This document shows, piece by piece, positions 26,901-38,200 of a DNA stretch of 64,000 nucleotides (within the stretch, counting starts at the first letter, position 1; each line of letters opens with the position of its first letter). The notes below the pieces were generated by a model. It was given only the letters and a program-made list of their open reading frames with translations. It ran no database searches and was not told the DNA's origin. The DNA lies in contig OZ076420.1 in assembly GCA_964187785.1 (NCBI GenBank), positions 27,342,001 to 27,406,000 on the forward strand, read 5' to 3'. The stretch is from Amphiscolops sp. MND2022. Lineage: Eukaryota. The position numbers and the translations under genes were made by a program.

Positions 26901-27640
26901 AATTTGGACCTTAAATTCACATCACAGACGGCGTCCTAGACAGCAACTTAGTTGGTTTCAAAATTTGAACTGTATCTTGAAGAACCCAACATAGCTACAA
27001 GACTTAAAATTGCCCCAATAGGATGAATGAACTTTGAAACTTCCTCACAAAAATCAATTGCAACTGGAAAATTAATTCGGATGGAAGTGTGCGTAGACGT
27101 TGGCGAGACATTAAAAAAGTTTCTAGCAATTTTCAAGTGCGTGCAAAAACCCCAGGCATTTTCAACAAGGTAAATATTTCGACTGAGATGTTGGTGATAA
27201 GTAAATAGACTACATCCAGTGGGCTCAATTTTATTTTTTTGAGAGTTAGTTTTTGGTGGGTGATTTGAATATTGAAATGTTAATTTTAAAGCATTCATCC
27301 CATGCTATTCTCGCCAGCATCATATTCTTGTCAATCTAAATTGGATTGTGTGCGAGATTTTGGAAATTTCGTTTGATCACATTTTGCAGTTTGTTGTTTT
27401 TAAGTCCAATAGGACTCGTTCGAAACATTTTTCACAGACAGGAGTCGGGAACATATACCCCGCCACTACTGTACCACTATAACAAAGTTACATTTCATTT
27501 AGTCTGCCTGACATTTCAGAAGTATCTAGTGAAACGAAAAAAATAGTTCGAAAATCAAAACCAAAAGCTTTGCAAAAAGAAAAAAAGGTACGGTTTCCTT
27601 CAGATCATTGTTTTTCAACGCTTAGAAAAGACACTATTAA
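11950..27640 (-). repeat. LINE-derived macrosatellite: six ~1.41-kb units flanked by ~2.5-kb units, composed of APE/RT fragments of two CR1-like LINEs
   Basis: The anchor ctccaatgt(c/t)gag occurs at 14231, 15644, 17056, 18468, 19954, 21363, 22772 and 25266 (periods 1413, 1412, 1412, 1486, 1409, 1409, 2494). Minus-strand translations: LIVIYNQPS..LLIGDFNF (APE, ~12580-12730 and homologues at ~23.7 and ~26.2 kb); KRSPGYGPDSIP; KHGFRRKHSTVTQLL..EALDIGE*IVTLFFHFSKIFD; and a second RT with FINISV..LFAGT*KL, a frameshifted LFADDLK. Confidence 0.9.
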
Positions 27641-28439
27641 ACATGTCACAGCCCAACAGCTGTGTGGGAACCGGTGAGCAGCCTTGAAAAGTAAACGGAA
27701 ATTGAAGATAATTCATAATTTGAAACTATATTTGTGACAGTTTTTTTTGTTCTCATTCTTTTTGCTTATGTCACGTAAATATATTGTTTGTGATGATATT
27801 GTCAATTGTGATGTAATTTCTCTCATAAATGGTTTAATAAGACCTAGATTTCATCAGAATTTCGACTTTTGTACTCTTTAATCAACTTAATGAATAATGT
27901 TGTCTAGATATGATGACTTATTATGCTATTTTGCGATTGATTGTGCTGACAATTGTACGGCAACATACATTCAATGAAATTGTGACTATACGTCAACATG
28001 CGTTTCTAGTTAATATGTATAATCGGGATTATGCAGTTTTCCGCATAAGTGCTTGTATACGGTAACCTACGTTTAGCTACATAACGAATTAACGTCGTTG
28101 TACATTTTTAGATTGGTTCGATTTGAATTAATAACAAAGTATACTGAAAGATGACGTCAGCGACATCGCTCTTACATTGATGTATACATTTTTCCATGGC
28201 TTTACAAGCTCTAGTGTCATGTTTTGATTGTAATTTCTTAGGAATTCTGAAATATAAACAGGCTAACGCAATGATGCCGTGATTTTATTTACATCTTTTT
28301 GAATGATGACACTCTTAAAAAAGATGATCATGTTTTCATTGCCAAAAGCCAGTTTAGTCTGTACCCCTTTTTTATAATTCAAACCAAACTTCAAACAATT
28401 CAGTCGTTTTGAAAGATACTTTTTCAATTGCTTTGTGAA

Positions 28440-29089
28440 TCTTTTAATTTTTTTTCTCTGAATAAACTTTGTTTTCATCAATCAATTGTGGAGAATTCAA
28501 CTTTTTCCCCTCCACAAACCTCATTTTCACTTGCGCAATGTTGGGAAATAAGAGAAATAGACGGTCTAGAAGACTATCTCCAGAGAGGGAGATGAACAAT
28601 ACTCAGATCGAAGTACCTAATGCAGGTAATGAGACTTTAACTAATTCTAATGTTAATGTTCAAGTAAGTTTAGGTTTAGCTCAGGAAATCAACTAACTGA
28701 ACCAATCTGAACAGTTATGAAATACAAGTTTGGACCCAAATGTTTGAACAAAAAAGTAACGACATATTACGAAAATGAGAAAAATGGATAACCAATTGGA
28801 TACTATTCTAAAGGAAATTAGACCCAAACAAAGCGCATCACCAGTCACAAACCCTAGGTTCGAAACACTAGAATCCCGAAACAATAAAATTCGCGATCCA
28901 AGGTGTATAAGTCTCTAGGAGTTCACTCATCAATTACTGAAAATTAGGACTCAGAAGACGAGGATTATCCTCTCAGACCCTCTGGCATTAGAGATTTGAG
29001 ACATCCTGCTATTCCTTTGTATAGAAATTGGTTAGATTTAGACGCAACAGTAGTTTCAAATGAGGACTCAGCGAAGGAGGATTATCACA
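28440..29089 (+). mobile_element. LTR-like repeat copy 1 (probable solo LTR, 5' end uncertain, possibly ~28215), with a disrupted MGNKR.RRSRRL ORF
   Basis: Homologous to 30590-31214 over ~600 bp, and both copies stop at the identical boundary gaggattatcaca. No matching TSD was found for this copy. Confidence 0.5.
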
Positions 29090-29101
29090 AAGTGGCAACC
29101 A

Positions 29102-29691
29102 TTTTTAGTCGGCCCTTAATGAAATGAAACGCGACTATTATAGTGACTCCTTTGTTCAACCCATACGAACTTACCAAAAAAGTTCTACAAAATCTCTACA
29201 AAATTTTATGGTCCCAAATTGAATCTATTCGCCCAGCAAACTGAATCAAAGAAGTTTCTCCTCTTTTTCCGCGTAGCATACCGTACCGGGAGAGACTGAA
29301 GAGTCCCCCCTTTTCGGCATTGTGAGACTTTTGTATCGAAAAACAATTTTGTTCCCAAAGGGTCCCTCCTTCAATTTTTTGATGTTTTGCTACTAAATGG
29401 ATGTTGAAAAATCCCAAAGGGCCCCCTTTAAATTTTTTTCGGCATTGTGAGATTTTTTTCGGATTTTTTTTCACCAAATTTTTTTCTCCCTTCAATTTTT
29501 TGATGTTTTGTAACAATGGATGTTAAAAAATGCGAATGGGTCCTTCTTTTAGCACGTGCTAGCGGACACCTGGCGTGCCAGTTCCGTCGTTTGGGCTTTT
29601 CGTGAGTTTGATACTTTGAGTTTTTTGACACTTTCATGTCCTTTTGCTATTTTTGAGCCTTAGATATGGCGCTGACTTATGCCATACCCGG
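29102..29691 (+). mobile_element. HINE/DINE-1-like non-autonomous repeat (family A, copy 1)
   Basis: The 5' end has a tagtcgg..aaacgcgacta hairpin, the interior has repeated ttcaattttttgatgttttg..gggtcc modules, and the 3' end reads gagccttagatatggcgc. Near-identical organisation occurs at 60321-60802, with partial copies at 43779-44560 (-) and 44908-45356 (+). Confidence 0.5.
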
Positions 29692-30246
29692 TGTCGCATC
29701 CATCAAGATGCGATGGTTCCGTGGTGCAACTTTGAAGAGGAACGAACGATAGACTCATTTCAACAAACTCTCTAAAACTCTGATGAACCCGTTTTATATG
29801 ATGTCTTAAAACTCAAAGTTGTTTAGTTTCGAAAGTCATGTAAATATGATATTTGTAATATGGTTGTTGTGAATGGACCTTCATCATAGTGCTAACATAC
29901 CTTCATTGCTTCATTGGGAACCCTTGTTTTAATCATACAACGAGTTATCTCATTGTCTAATCATATATTCTAAAGGTCCTAATGCGTCTAAATTCGTCAT
30001 CAGATAGTAATTTACTTCTTAGCATAGTACAATTATGCGGAACTATGCGGATCGAAGTGTGACGTATACTCGTCATTATGCGTTTTTACTAGTATCATTA
30101 TGCGGCATTATACGTTTCAAGGTGTTACGAGTATGCGGCATTATACGTTTTCCATAAAAACATTATACGGCATCCTGCGGGACTAGTAGTGACGCATACT
30201 CGTCATTATGCGTTTCTCGCAGGACTTGTTAAATAACCCCAGCACG

Positions 30247-31214
30247 TGTCATAATGTTATCTAAAAGCCAATTCAACTACAATTGAAGGCCATTTTAAGA
30301 GATTCCCAGGGTTCATTAGTTTCTTTTCCCAATCATACTTTTATGATGTCATGTAAATGTGCTATTTTACAATATAACGTCATTGGACGTAATTCTATTT
30401 TTGTCTTGATTTCATACAATGACTCCCGTAAAAAGGAGTGTCATGTTTTTTGGATATTTTGTTCTGAGTTTTCAATCAGGGGGATTCATTAAGAATCCAA
30501 TCCTCATCAAGTGCAGTTACTTTCTCAAATAACTGTAAAACTTCGATTTCGCCTCTGTAAAAATTCAGCTTTGCTTCTCTTTTGGGATACAAGACTAATT
30601 CAAATTCTTCCCCAAAAGCCAGAAAACATTTTCACTTGAGAGTAACATGGGAAATAAAAGAAGCCGAAGGTCTAGAAGACTTGAGACACCGTCCCCAGAC
30701 AGAGAAGTGGAGGTAACACAGATAGAAACCCCTAAAACAGGTAATGAAGCTTTAATTGATCTTAGTAATGTTGCCCAAGGAAATTTAGGTGAAAATAGCT
30801 CTGAAAACCAGTTAACCGAACCTAGTCAAATGAGCAATGAGATGCAAGTTTGGACCCAAATCATGGAACAAAAGAACAACGATAGGATTGAAAAGATGGG
30901 AGAAGAAATGGAAAACAAACTTGAAGCGATTCTAAAGGAAATAAAGTCAAATAAGAGTGCATCCACAGTAACTAATCCTAGGTCGGATATAAACGAAATG
31001 CGAGAAAGTCAACCTTCGGGATCCAAACTGAGTAAATCTATAGGAGTTCCTGCATCTAATAACGAAAACTCTGATTCCGAGAACGACGACTATCCTCTTA
31101 GAGCATCTAAAATGAAGGACTTGAAACATCCTGCTAAACCCTTCTTTGAAACTGAAACAGACTTAGACCAAATAGAGCTTTCAAATGAAGAGTCTGAACA
31201 AGAGGATTATCACA
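30247..31214 (+). mobile_element. LTR-like repeat copy 2 (probable solo LTR, 968 bp) containing 189 codons of an open ORF (30647 onward)
   Basis: Termini tgtcataat...attatcaca form a TG..CA pair with an 8/9-nt inverted repeat. Flanks are cacg and cccg (3/4 match, possible 4-bp TSD). It shares its exact 3' boundary with copy 1. Confidence 0.6.
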
Positions 31215-31230
31215 CCCGGGTTGTTAACTC

Positions 31231-31480
31231 ATTCATAGGCAAGCCTGCTCAGTTAAAGGATTGATCGCTCACAGAAAAGTCATCAATCAAAATGGTGAGT
31301 TATCAACTGTACAAAGCATATTACTTCTCAACAACGTGTTGCGTGTGTTTTTTATAGGAGAAAAGGGTCATCGTGTTCGTTTTCGGCACTATAGACTCCA
31401 CATTTTTCTGGTCAACAAAGACCTGAATTTTGAAAAAAATTCATTGATTCGCGAAACGATAAACAAGTGGGAGTCGTTTG
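31231..31480 (-). mobile_element. Probable 3'-terminal fragment of a LINE including the 3' UTR motif gtgagcgatcaaatcctttaactgagcaggcttgcctatgaat
   Basis: Minus-strand remnant VPKTNTMTLFSYKKHTQHVVEK*YAL weakly resembles the CR1 C-terminus. The ~40-bp motif is shared with every unit of the 12-27 kb array. Confidence 0.35.
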
Positions 31481-33970
31481 CCAGTGCAGAATCATAAAGG
31501 CATAAGTTTTGCACAGGATTAGTTCTGCGCTGCTTCGAATTGTGTTACATTCCACATAGAAGCCTCAAAATTCTGCATATACAACCGTAAACTTCGAGCG
31601 ACAATATGACTGTTCTTTTTGAAATTAGATGGGCTATGCATTATATAAAAATCCGGGTCACAATTATACTGATCCGATTAAACTAGGTTATACTGGCTCA
31701 ACCCGGATGTACATAGTTTAGCTATTTCATATAAACCATTTCGACTGCTCGAAGGGTTAAGTTCTTCTACTTTCTACGTTTTATATCAGATCTTATAACC
31801 TCATGAAAACACGTACTTATAAGAGTATTTATAAATGAATCTTTATTGGTTCACTTGGCTCAAAAACAATCAATGGGGTAAATGTTTTTTCCTCACGAAT
31901 GTTTGTACACTTTGACAAAACAAATCTCTCAATGATGCGCTGAGTTTTTGAAATACAGTTTCATGCTAAAAACGATTCGAGTATCAAATTTCAAAATTAA
32001 GGGCTTGACTGGAAAGAATGTTGATATGGAATTCAATTGTTTTGGAGTTGAATTCTGCGTAGGAGTCTACAGGAATTCAGTCCGGTCCGTTACCGTGCGT
32101 TTCTCAAAAAACTGTCCCGTTATACATCCGGCCGAACGAATATCGTACGAGGACGGTATCAAATCTTTCGTAACGGTATCCCATTGTCACAGCATCGCAG
32201 CCCGGATCATTTCAAAGTGTTACACATTGCCAAGTGAAAATTTCGTTCAAGCCGGATTTGCCTTACCTCTGAGGATGCCATCCACGTCCCTATCGAAGCA
32301 GAAATGAATTGAAAAAGCCGCCGTGAACAAGAACTGAGAAAAAGAAAGAATGAGTCAGAACCACGATAGTGCGTGAGCTCATTCATTGACAATTATCGAG
32401 AACAAAATATGCTCTACAAAACCCTCAGTGGACCCTGGGTGGATTATTACCAATTTCTCTGATATATTGTTGGAACCGTGTTGTTGTCATTTGTCTTTTA
32501 GATTTGGTATGTACGCTCTCGAGGACTGCTTTTGGAAAACTTCGACTACCGTTATGTTCCTTGAATTTACTGCTCAGTAATTCTGCACCCAGTTTTTGGA
32601 GGCGTTTCGAGTGGTGGTCCCGAGACCTAGCGAAGCAGTAAAAGACCAAAGTAAGGCTAGAGAGCCTCTCGTTGAGTCGAGACGCTGTCCACGGGACAGA
32701 CAACCAACGGAGTAAAATGGCTGCTATGTCAAGCCTGTAAGTCCCGGATACTAAGTCTTGGTATCAGTCCCTCCCCTTTATCAGCGAACCAAGCGTCTGA
32801 CGCTTGTCGTTACATTCCGTGGATTTTATTTTGAAATCGCTTACCGTTAAATACATGGCTAGGAGTCATTACATTTCCGATAAGCGAGTGTTATATGTGA
32901 AGAGCCTTAAAATTTACCCACTGAGCACCAGGGGTGATTCGTTTGTGGGTTTATAAATGATGCAGGAATGATAGTTCTTCATCTTTGCGAAGCAAAAATC
33001 GACTTCGCTTTTTGTTATGCACATCGAACAATCCTCAAAAACATTCCATCATATTAAGTTCAGAAGTATTTTTTCCGGTTGGTATCTACTGTCTCAAATC
33101 AGTCATTTCCGGTTGTCAAGTCGGGCAAGAAATTTACAGCCCGGTGCGCTATGATTCCTCAATTAAGTCTTCAGTTTTCTGTACGTGGCAGTCTGATGAA
33201 TTTTTCCGTTGACTTTCCTTGTGTTGAATTTTTTGTGTTGTATTTTTCTGTGATGAGTTTTTCGTCTGAAACATTTACTAGGAAAAAGAATTTTAACAAA
33301 TCAACATTAATTATGATTGGATTGAAATTAAATTTATTTTGAATTAATTTTCGGAAAGATAAATAACCCAAAAATGACCCAATAAAGTTTTACTTCTAAG
33401 GTCAACTTTCCGCTGTATGGTCCAATCAAAAACGAACTACGCTTTTGGGCTGCCTGTTTGAACAAAGCACATTCATTGTATATCCAAGAAATCAGATCAG
33501 GGATTCAGGGATTCTTCAAAAAAACCGCGTTGAAATTCCTCTCAAAATACTTCATCATACTGTTACGTTCAAGCTTTGTCATGTTTTCTATTCAATCATT
33601 TGAAGTTTGAAACACTGTATCAATCGAAGTTTTTTGAGACAAAAATGAAACAAGGCGCCCGCTAAGTACATGCGTTATCTATAAAATAAAGTCAAGGAAT
33701 CATTCAAAACTTGTACAAAAAGTTCAAAGATTGAAACAATTTTTGACATTTTGCATTTTTAGGAATTTCTTCTTAAGAAAGTTTAGATGCTTCTTTTTTT
33801 GGTCCTTGATTTTTGTGAAAATTTGTTTGAAAACTCGCCTGACAGACTAATGTTCTGTCAACTATAAATGAGATATGGGTGAAAAATAATGAATATTTTC
33901 TGCGGGAATATAAGTGTATTTATTTTGAAGTACCCCTGTGAAAAGTTTGCTCATATCAATCACATTTCAA

Positions 33971-35565
33971 TCACACTCGGGAGGTTTGTCTGGAGGTTTT
34001 GTTGAGCGGAAGGGGAGCTGTTATTTTCTTGCGGAAACAGAAAACTGAGGTGTTGTTTTCTTCGTGACATTTCAGCATTTGACGGAAGGTGTCTTTAAAT
34101 GCAACATTGGCACACGTATAAACAATCGGGTTAATAAGACTTGTAATGTAACATAGATAGTACCCAATATCTACTATTTTCATATCCAATAAATTCTCAT
34201 CTATGCTGTAGATTGTAGAGATTATACTATTCGGACTCCAGAACAGAACGAATGACGTCATAATTGCAGTGAGAATGCGCATCGAAGTTTTTTGCTCTGT
34301 CAAGTTCTCCACCAGTTGCATCGGGAACCGCAAGAGGGCTTCGCTGATTCGTTTGATCTTCATTCGGGTCTCTTGAAACGAAGGGCTTCTCGGTGACGTA
34401 ATAACCACAGTCGGCACCTCGCCTGCACACGCCGAGGAATGTCTTCGGAACGTCTTGGAATCGCTTCGTGGAACTCCGAGACATATGGAACCAGTTTTTC
34501 CCTTTGTCAAAAATTTGTTGAGTCTTTTTTCTTCCAACTTTGTGTTGCTCCTGTTGTTGCTGTTTCTACGTTTTTGGCACGGGGCTGTTGGGTTGTTGCT
34601 TCCAGATCCGTAAAGAGCGCTTGTGGAGGCAGTTTGCTGGTTACTGCCGTTATTGCCAGCGTCACTGTATTTGCGGGAAACCGAAAAATGCGGGAAATCC
34701 AAATTATCACATGGCCGACTCTCACAACTCAACAAATTGTTACTGGTTTGCTCGGTTACATTAAAAGACCCGACTTCAAGTTTTTTACTGTTTCGTCTAC
34801 TGCAACCTTTTCCATTGGCTATAATGTTCAAGCTCGCGTCGCTATCTTTCAATGCGTTATTTAGTCGTGAGTTTTCAAGAGCGGCTCTTATTTTGGCGCT
34901 CTCGTTAGAAATTCGTTTGGCGAATCGGCTTCGTGATAAAACTTCCTCTGATTGGCTGACACGTTTAAACTTCGGGTACTTTTGACCTTCAACTTCAATG
35001 TTTAACCCATTGTTTGAACTCATGGGGTTCTTTAGTCCAGCCAGCTCTAGCTGGCTGCTTGATTCTCCTTGTTTGGACCCTCTATGTGATCCAGATTGTT
35101 CAGCCAGTCTCCGGGATGGTGACGCCGGGATGCTTCTGGCACTTCTTCGATTCCAGAAAAATTTGGTAACTTTGTAAATTTTCACGTACAAAACAGTCAA
35201 TGTGATGAGAACGAACCAAAAATTAAAACATGTAACTGCTAGAGTCCAGAAAAAATTCGTTCGGAAATGGGCATGACAAAGTCGAGTTTTTCCGCTAGGT
35301 GGCGACGACCATTCGTCGTCGTCATCGAAAAATTGCTGTTTTATAAAAATAGAGGGAATATAAAGGAGGCTGGGGAGAATCCAGATGGTGCAAATGAACA
35401 GAGTCACCCAACGCACATTCATATTGGTGCGGTAATGAAAAGGGTGGGCAACTGACCAATATCGGTCGATACCGATCGATAAGATGCTGAGACAGTTGGC
35501 GTTGCAGTTGATGTAATCGATAGTCAGCCACATATTGCACAACACTTCGCCTGCTTTCCACTCAC
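33971..35565 (-). CDS. Terminal exon (TM3-TM7 and C-tail) of a class A aminergic GPCR, muscarinic acetylcholine/histamine receptor-like
   Basis: Long open frame. A splice acceptor (taatttcag) at 35566-35574 precedes (G)EWKAGEVLCNMWLTIDY. Motifs: TM3 D3.32-Y3.33 and DRY, ECL2 CHAHF, a ~290-aa ICL3, TM6 FVLFWSP, TM7 IGYYLCYITSLINPIVY and helix 8 NVAFKDTFRQML (compare muscarinic GYWLCYINSTINP..NATFKKTF). TM1-2 must lie in upstream exons that I did not identify. Confidence 0.92.
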
Positions 35566-37190
35566 CTGAAATTATTGCGTAATCTTTTAACGAAATCTTG
35601 AACTCGGTAGCCGTTAGTTAGTCGAACATGTTAGCCGAACATGACTATAGCAACTTAAGGTTATAACCGAAACTGCATGCATTAACGTTCATTTCTACTG
35701 ACTCATTTAATTGTTATATAAGAGTTACGGAAATGAAGTTTCGCTCTCATGGCGACGGTGCAATTAGCCCAACCGCTCAACTTGCCGACTGTGCAGTTAG
35801 AAGACCCGATCGAATATGATCAACAATTTTCATCACGTTTACTATTTCTCATTTCGAAGGCTACAAAAAATGAAACTATTCTGAATCAAGATAAGCTTCA
35901 ATCACTGATCTTTATGAAAACATAATTTCAGTCTTTGCAAATTATAAACTGCATTTTAAGGCTAATTCCGCTGTTCTGGAAATGATTAGTCGGCCAATTG
36001 CACAGTCGGTCATTATCGCAGTCGGTCAACTGACCTAGCACCCTCTATCATGTGGTTTGTCCGATTTCAATAGGGAATTCAATCTTATCTGCTCTAAAAC
36101 TATTCGTCTTTAATCCCGTTCGGCTATGATCCATACCACGTGAATTGACTCTCATTACATAATACTGAAAAAGTGTTATCTCAAATGATGATTCATCCAG
36201 TTACCAGAAGGAAAAAGGTTGGAGTTGAAGAAGTCAATTTGAAAACTTCCTAAGAAGATGGTGGTTTTTTATGGTGGAAAATTTATTTTCGTTAGGGACA
36301 GAAATTGGAAATCGGAGTAGATTGATTCATACAATGAATGAATTTAATTAATTTTTTGAATTTGCCTTCGTTCTCAAAAATCCAGCAACTTCTTTCGACC
36401 ACAAAGAATGACTACAAGAAACTGAAAGAAATGAGCATGTTAAAAAACATTTTAAAATTTTTATATAAATCAATCAAACTTTCTAAAAATGCATTATCCT
36501 ATAAGATCGAAATTTTCGGGTCGACTTCACTATATTTTGCTAAAAGCTCACTAGATAATAAAAATACTTTACATAATGAAAGATTAATACCAATAATAAT
36601 TTAAATAATGCTTCACCAATTGTAGATTGGAATAATGTTGAAACAACTTTGACATTTAAAAAATTGTTAAAGTGAAATTGAGAGATAACATGTAAATTCA
36701 GTAAAGAGAATCATCGAAATCTCTAGAGGTAATCTGAAGAGCTTACTTGAGATTTATTTAAAAGATGGTTCTTTGAAAGACGCTCCGATTCCATTTAAAA
36801 ATATGGAAATAGAAAGAAGCTATCTTATCGTTTTTTCTCTAAGTCATATTCGTAAGGAGATATTTCCAGTAAAATCTCTATTGTAATGTCGAACGTCAAT
36901 ATCTATTAACTTATTGAGTCACATAAATTACTGAATTTTATGGAAAAATCAGATTATTTTATGCTTCTCAGGAGGATTTAGTAAGATGGCAGATATTATA
37001 TTCGATGGTAAAATGGTAAAAATGACAAGCAACATTGGAATGAAGTGCAAAAAAATTGAGAGTTTCGAAGATGATAGTAAGAGTTTTTTAAACGGTCAAA
37101 AGGTTCATTTCAGTAAATTTCCCATCCCAATTAGGAAACAAAGTTGAAACCAAGAAGTCGGTGTCGACTTCTAAATAATTTTTTTAAAAG

Positions 37191-37390
37191 NNNNNNNNNN
37201 NNNNNNNNNNNNNNNNNNNNNNNNNNNNNNNNNNNNNNNNNNNNNNNNNNNNNNNNNNNNNNNNNNNNNNNNNNNNNNNNNNNNNNNNNNNNNNNNNNNN
37301 NNNNNNNNNNNNNNNNNNNNNNNNNNNNNNNNNNNNNNNNNNNNNNNNNNNNNNNNNNNNNNNNNNNNNNNNNNNNNNNNNNNNNNNNNN
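37191..37390. other. Assembly gap (200 N)
   Basis: Fixed-length N run next to the MITE. Confidence 1.
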
Positions 37391-37393
37391 GCT

Positions 37394-37800
37394 TAGAGGT
37401 GTACCGGACAACAAGTCCGGTCCGGTATCCGGCCGGATTTCAGGAAAATGTCCTGTCCGGTATCCAGCCGGACTTTTTACAATGTCCGGCTGGATATTTT
37501 CTTGAAATAATAATCCTACATAATCCGAATATCTGACTTAGAAAAAGTGTATGTGCTTCAAAAAATTGAATTTGTGACTCTGAGTCAAAATTCACTAAAT
37601 TATGGTGGAGAGAAAATCGATTTTCACCGCTCTGTGGTAAAAGCCTGCTCCGTTTTTCGTAATCCTCATTACCCCATTCTGAAAACAGCCCTTTATCGCT
37701 TACAATTGAAGATAATGTCCGGTCCGGCCGGTATCCGGCTTCAATCAGTCTTGTCCGGTTGTCCGGCGGGACCGAAATTTTTCTGTCCGGTGCACCTCTA
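37394..37800. mobile_element. MITE (407 bp) with 17-bp hAT-like TIRs and ccgg-rich subterminal repeats
   Basis: Left TIR tagaggtgtaccggaca and right TIR tgtccggtgcacctcta match at 16/17. The left flank abuts an N gap, so the TSD cannot be tested. Confidence 0.75.
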
Positions 37801-37809
37801 AATATGTGA

Positions 37810-38200
37810 TGTGGCACTTTATCAAACATGGGTCGCATTTTTCTACGGTAACAGTGAGTTTACTACATTGGAACCAACCAGTCATATTTTGCAAATCTTT
37901 TTGATGCATGCGAGTATCCGAAGATTTGCCCGCGTTTCTTATAGTAGTATCATCTGCAAACAGGACAATTTTACCATTTTCCATGACCATGCTCAGATCT
38001 TCTACATAACGCGCGAAAGAAGCTGGAAAAAAACACTTCACCACTTTGTGTTCTCGTTTGGTTTCGCTGAAGCGAAATCAACGGCACAAACAAAAATCAT
38101 TCACTGGTCCCGTATGCCATGCCTTTCCCGTGTGCTAAGTTCTACAAAAGAATATTGTGATCAAGAGTGTCAAACGTTTTTGACTTTTTAGTTCTACTTC
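37810..38200 (-). mobile_element. LINE RT fragment (domains 3-6)
   Basis: KTFDTLDHNILL and IVLFADDTTI..DLQNMTGWFQCSKLTVTVEKC. Confidence 0.8.

Noticed and set aside
12300-27640. Array as a tandem cluster of F-box/LRR or other host genes (plus-strand ORFs such as FPYLTTLTLL)
   Set aside because: The plus frames are stop-ridden and inconsistent between units, while the minus strand yields ordered APE/RT motifs.
27644-27739. tgtcaca...tgtgaca 96-bp mini-LTR at the array edge
   Set aside because: No TSD, PBS, PPT or second copy; a 7-bp IR is expected by chance.
32386-32760. Possible Gypsy protease/RT remnant
   Set aside because: No DTG or YxDD motif; resemblance too weak.
34227-35561. Several overlapping ORFs in other frames or strands over the GPCR exon
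   Set aside because: Shadow ORFs of the real coding frame.
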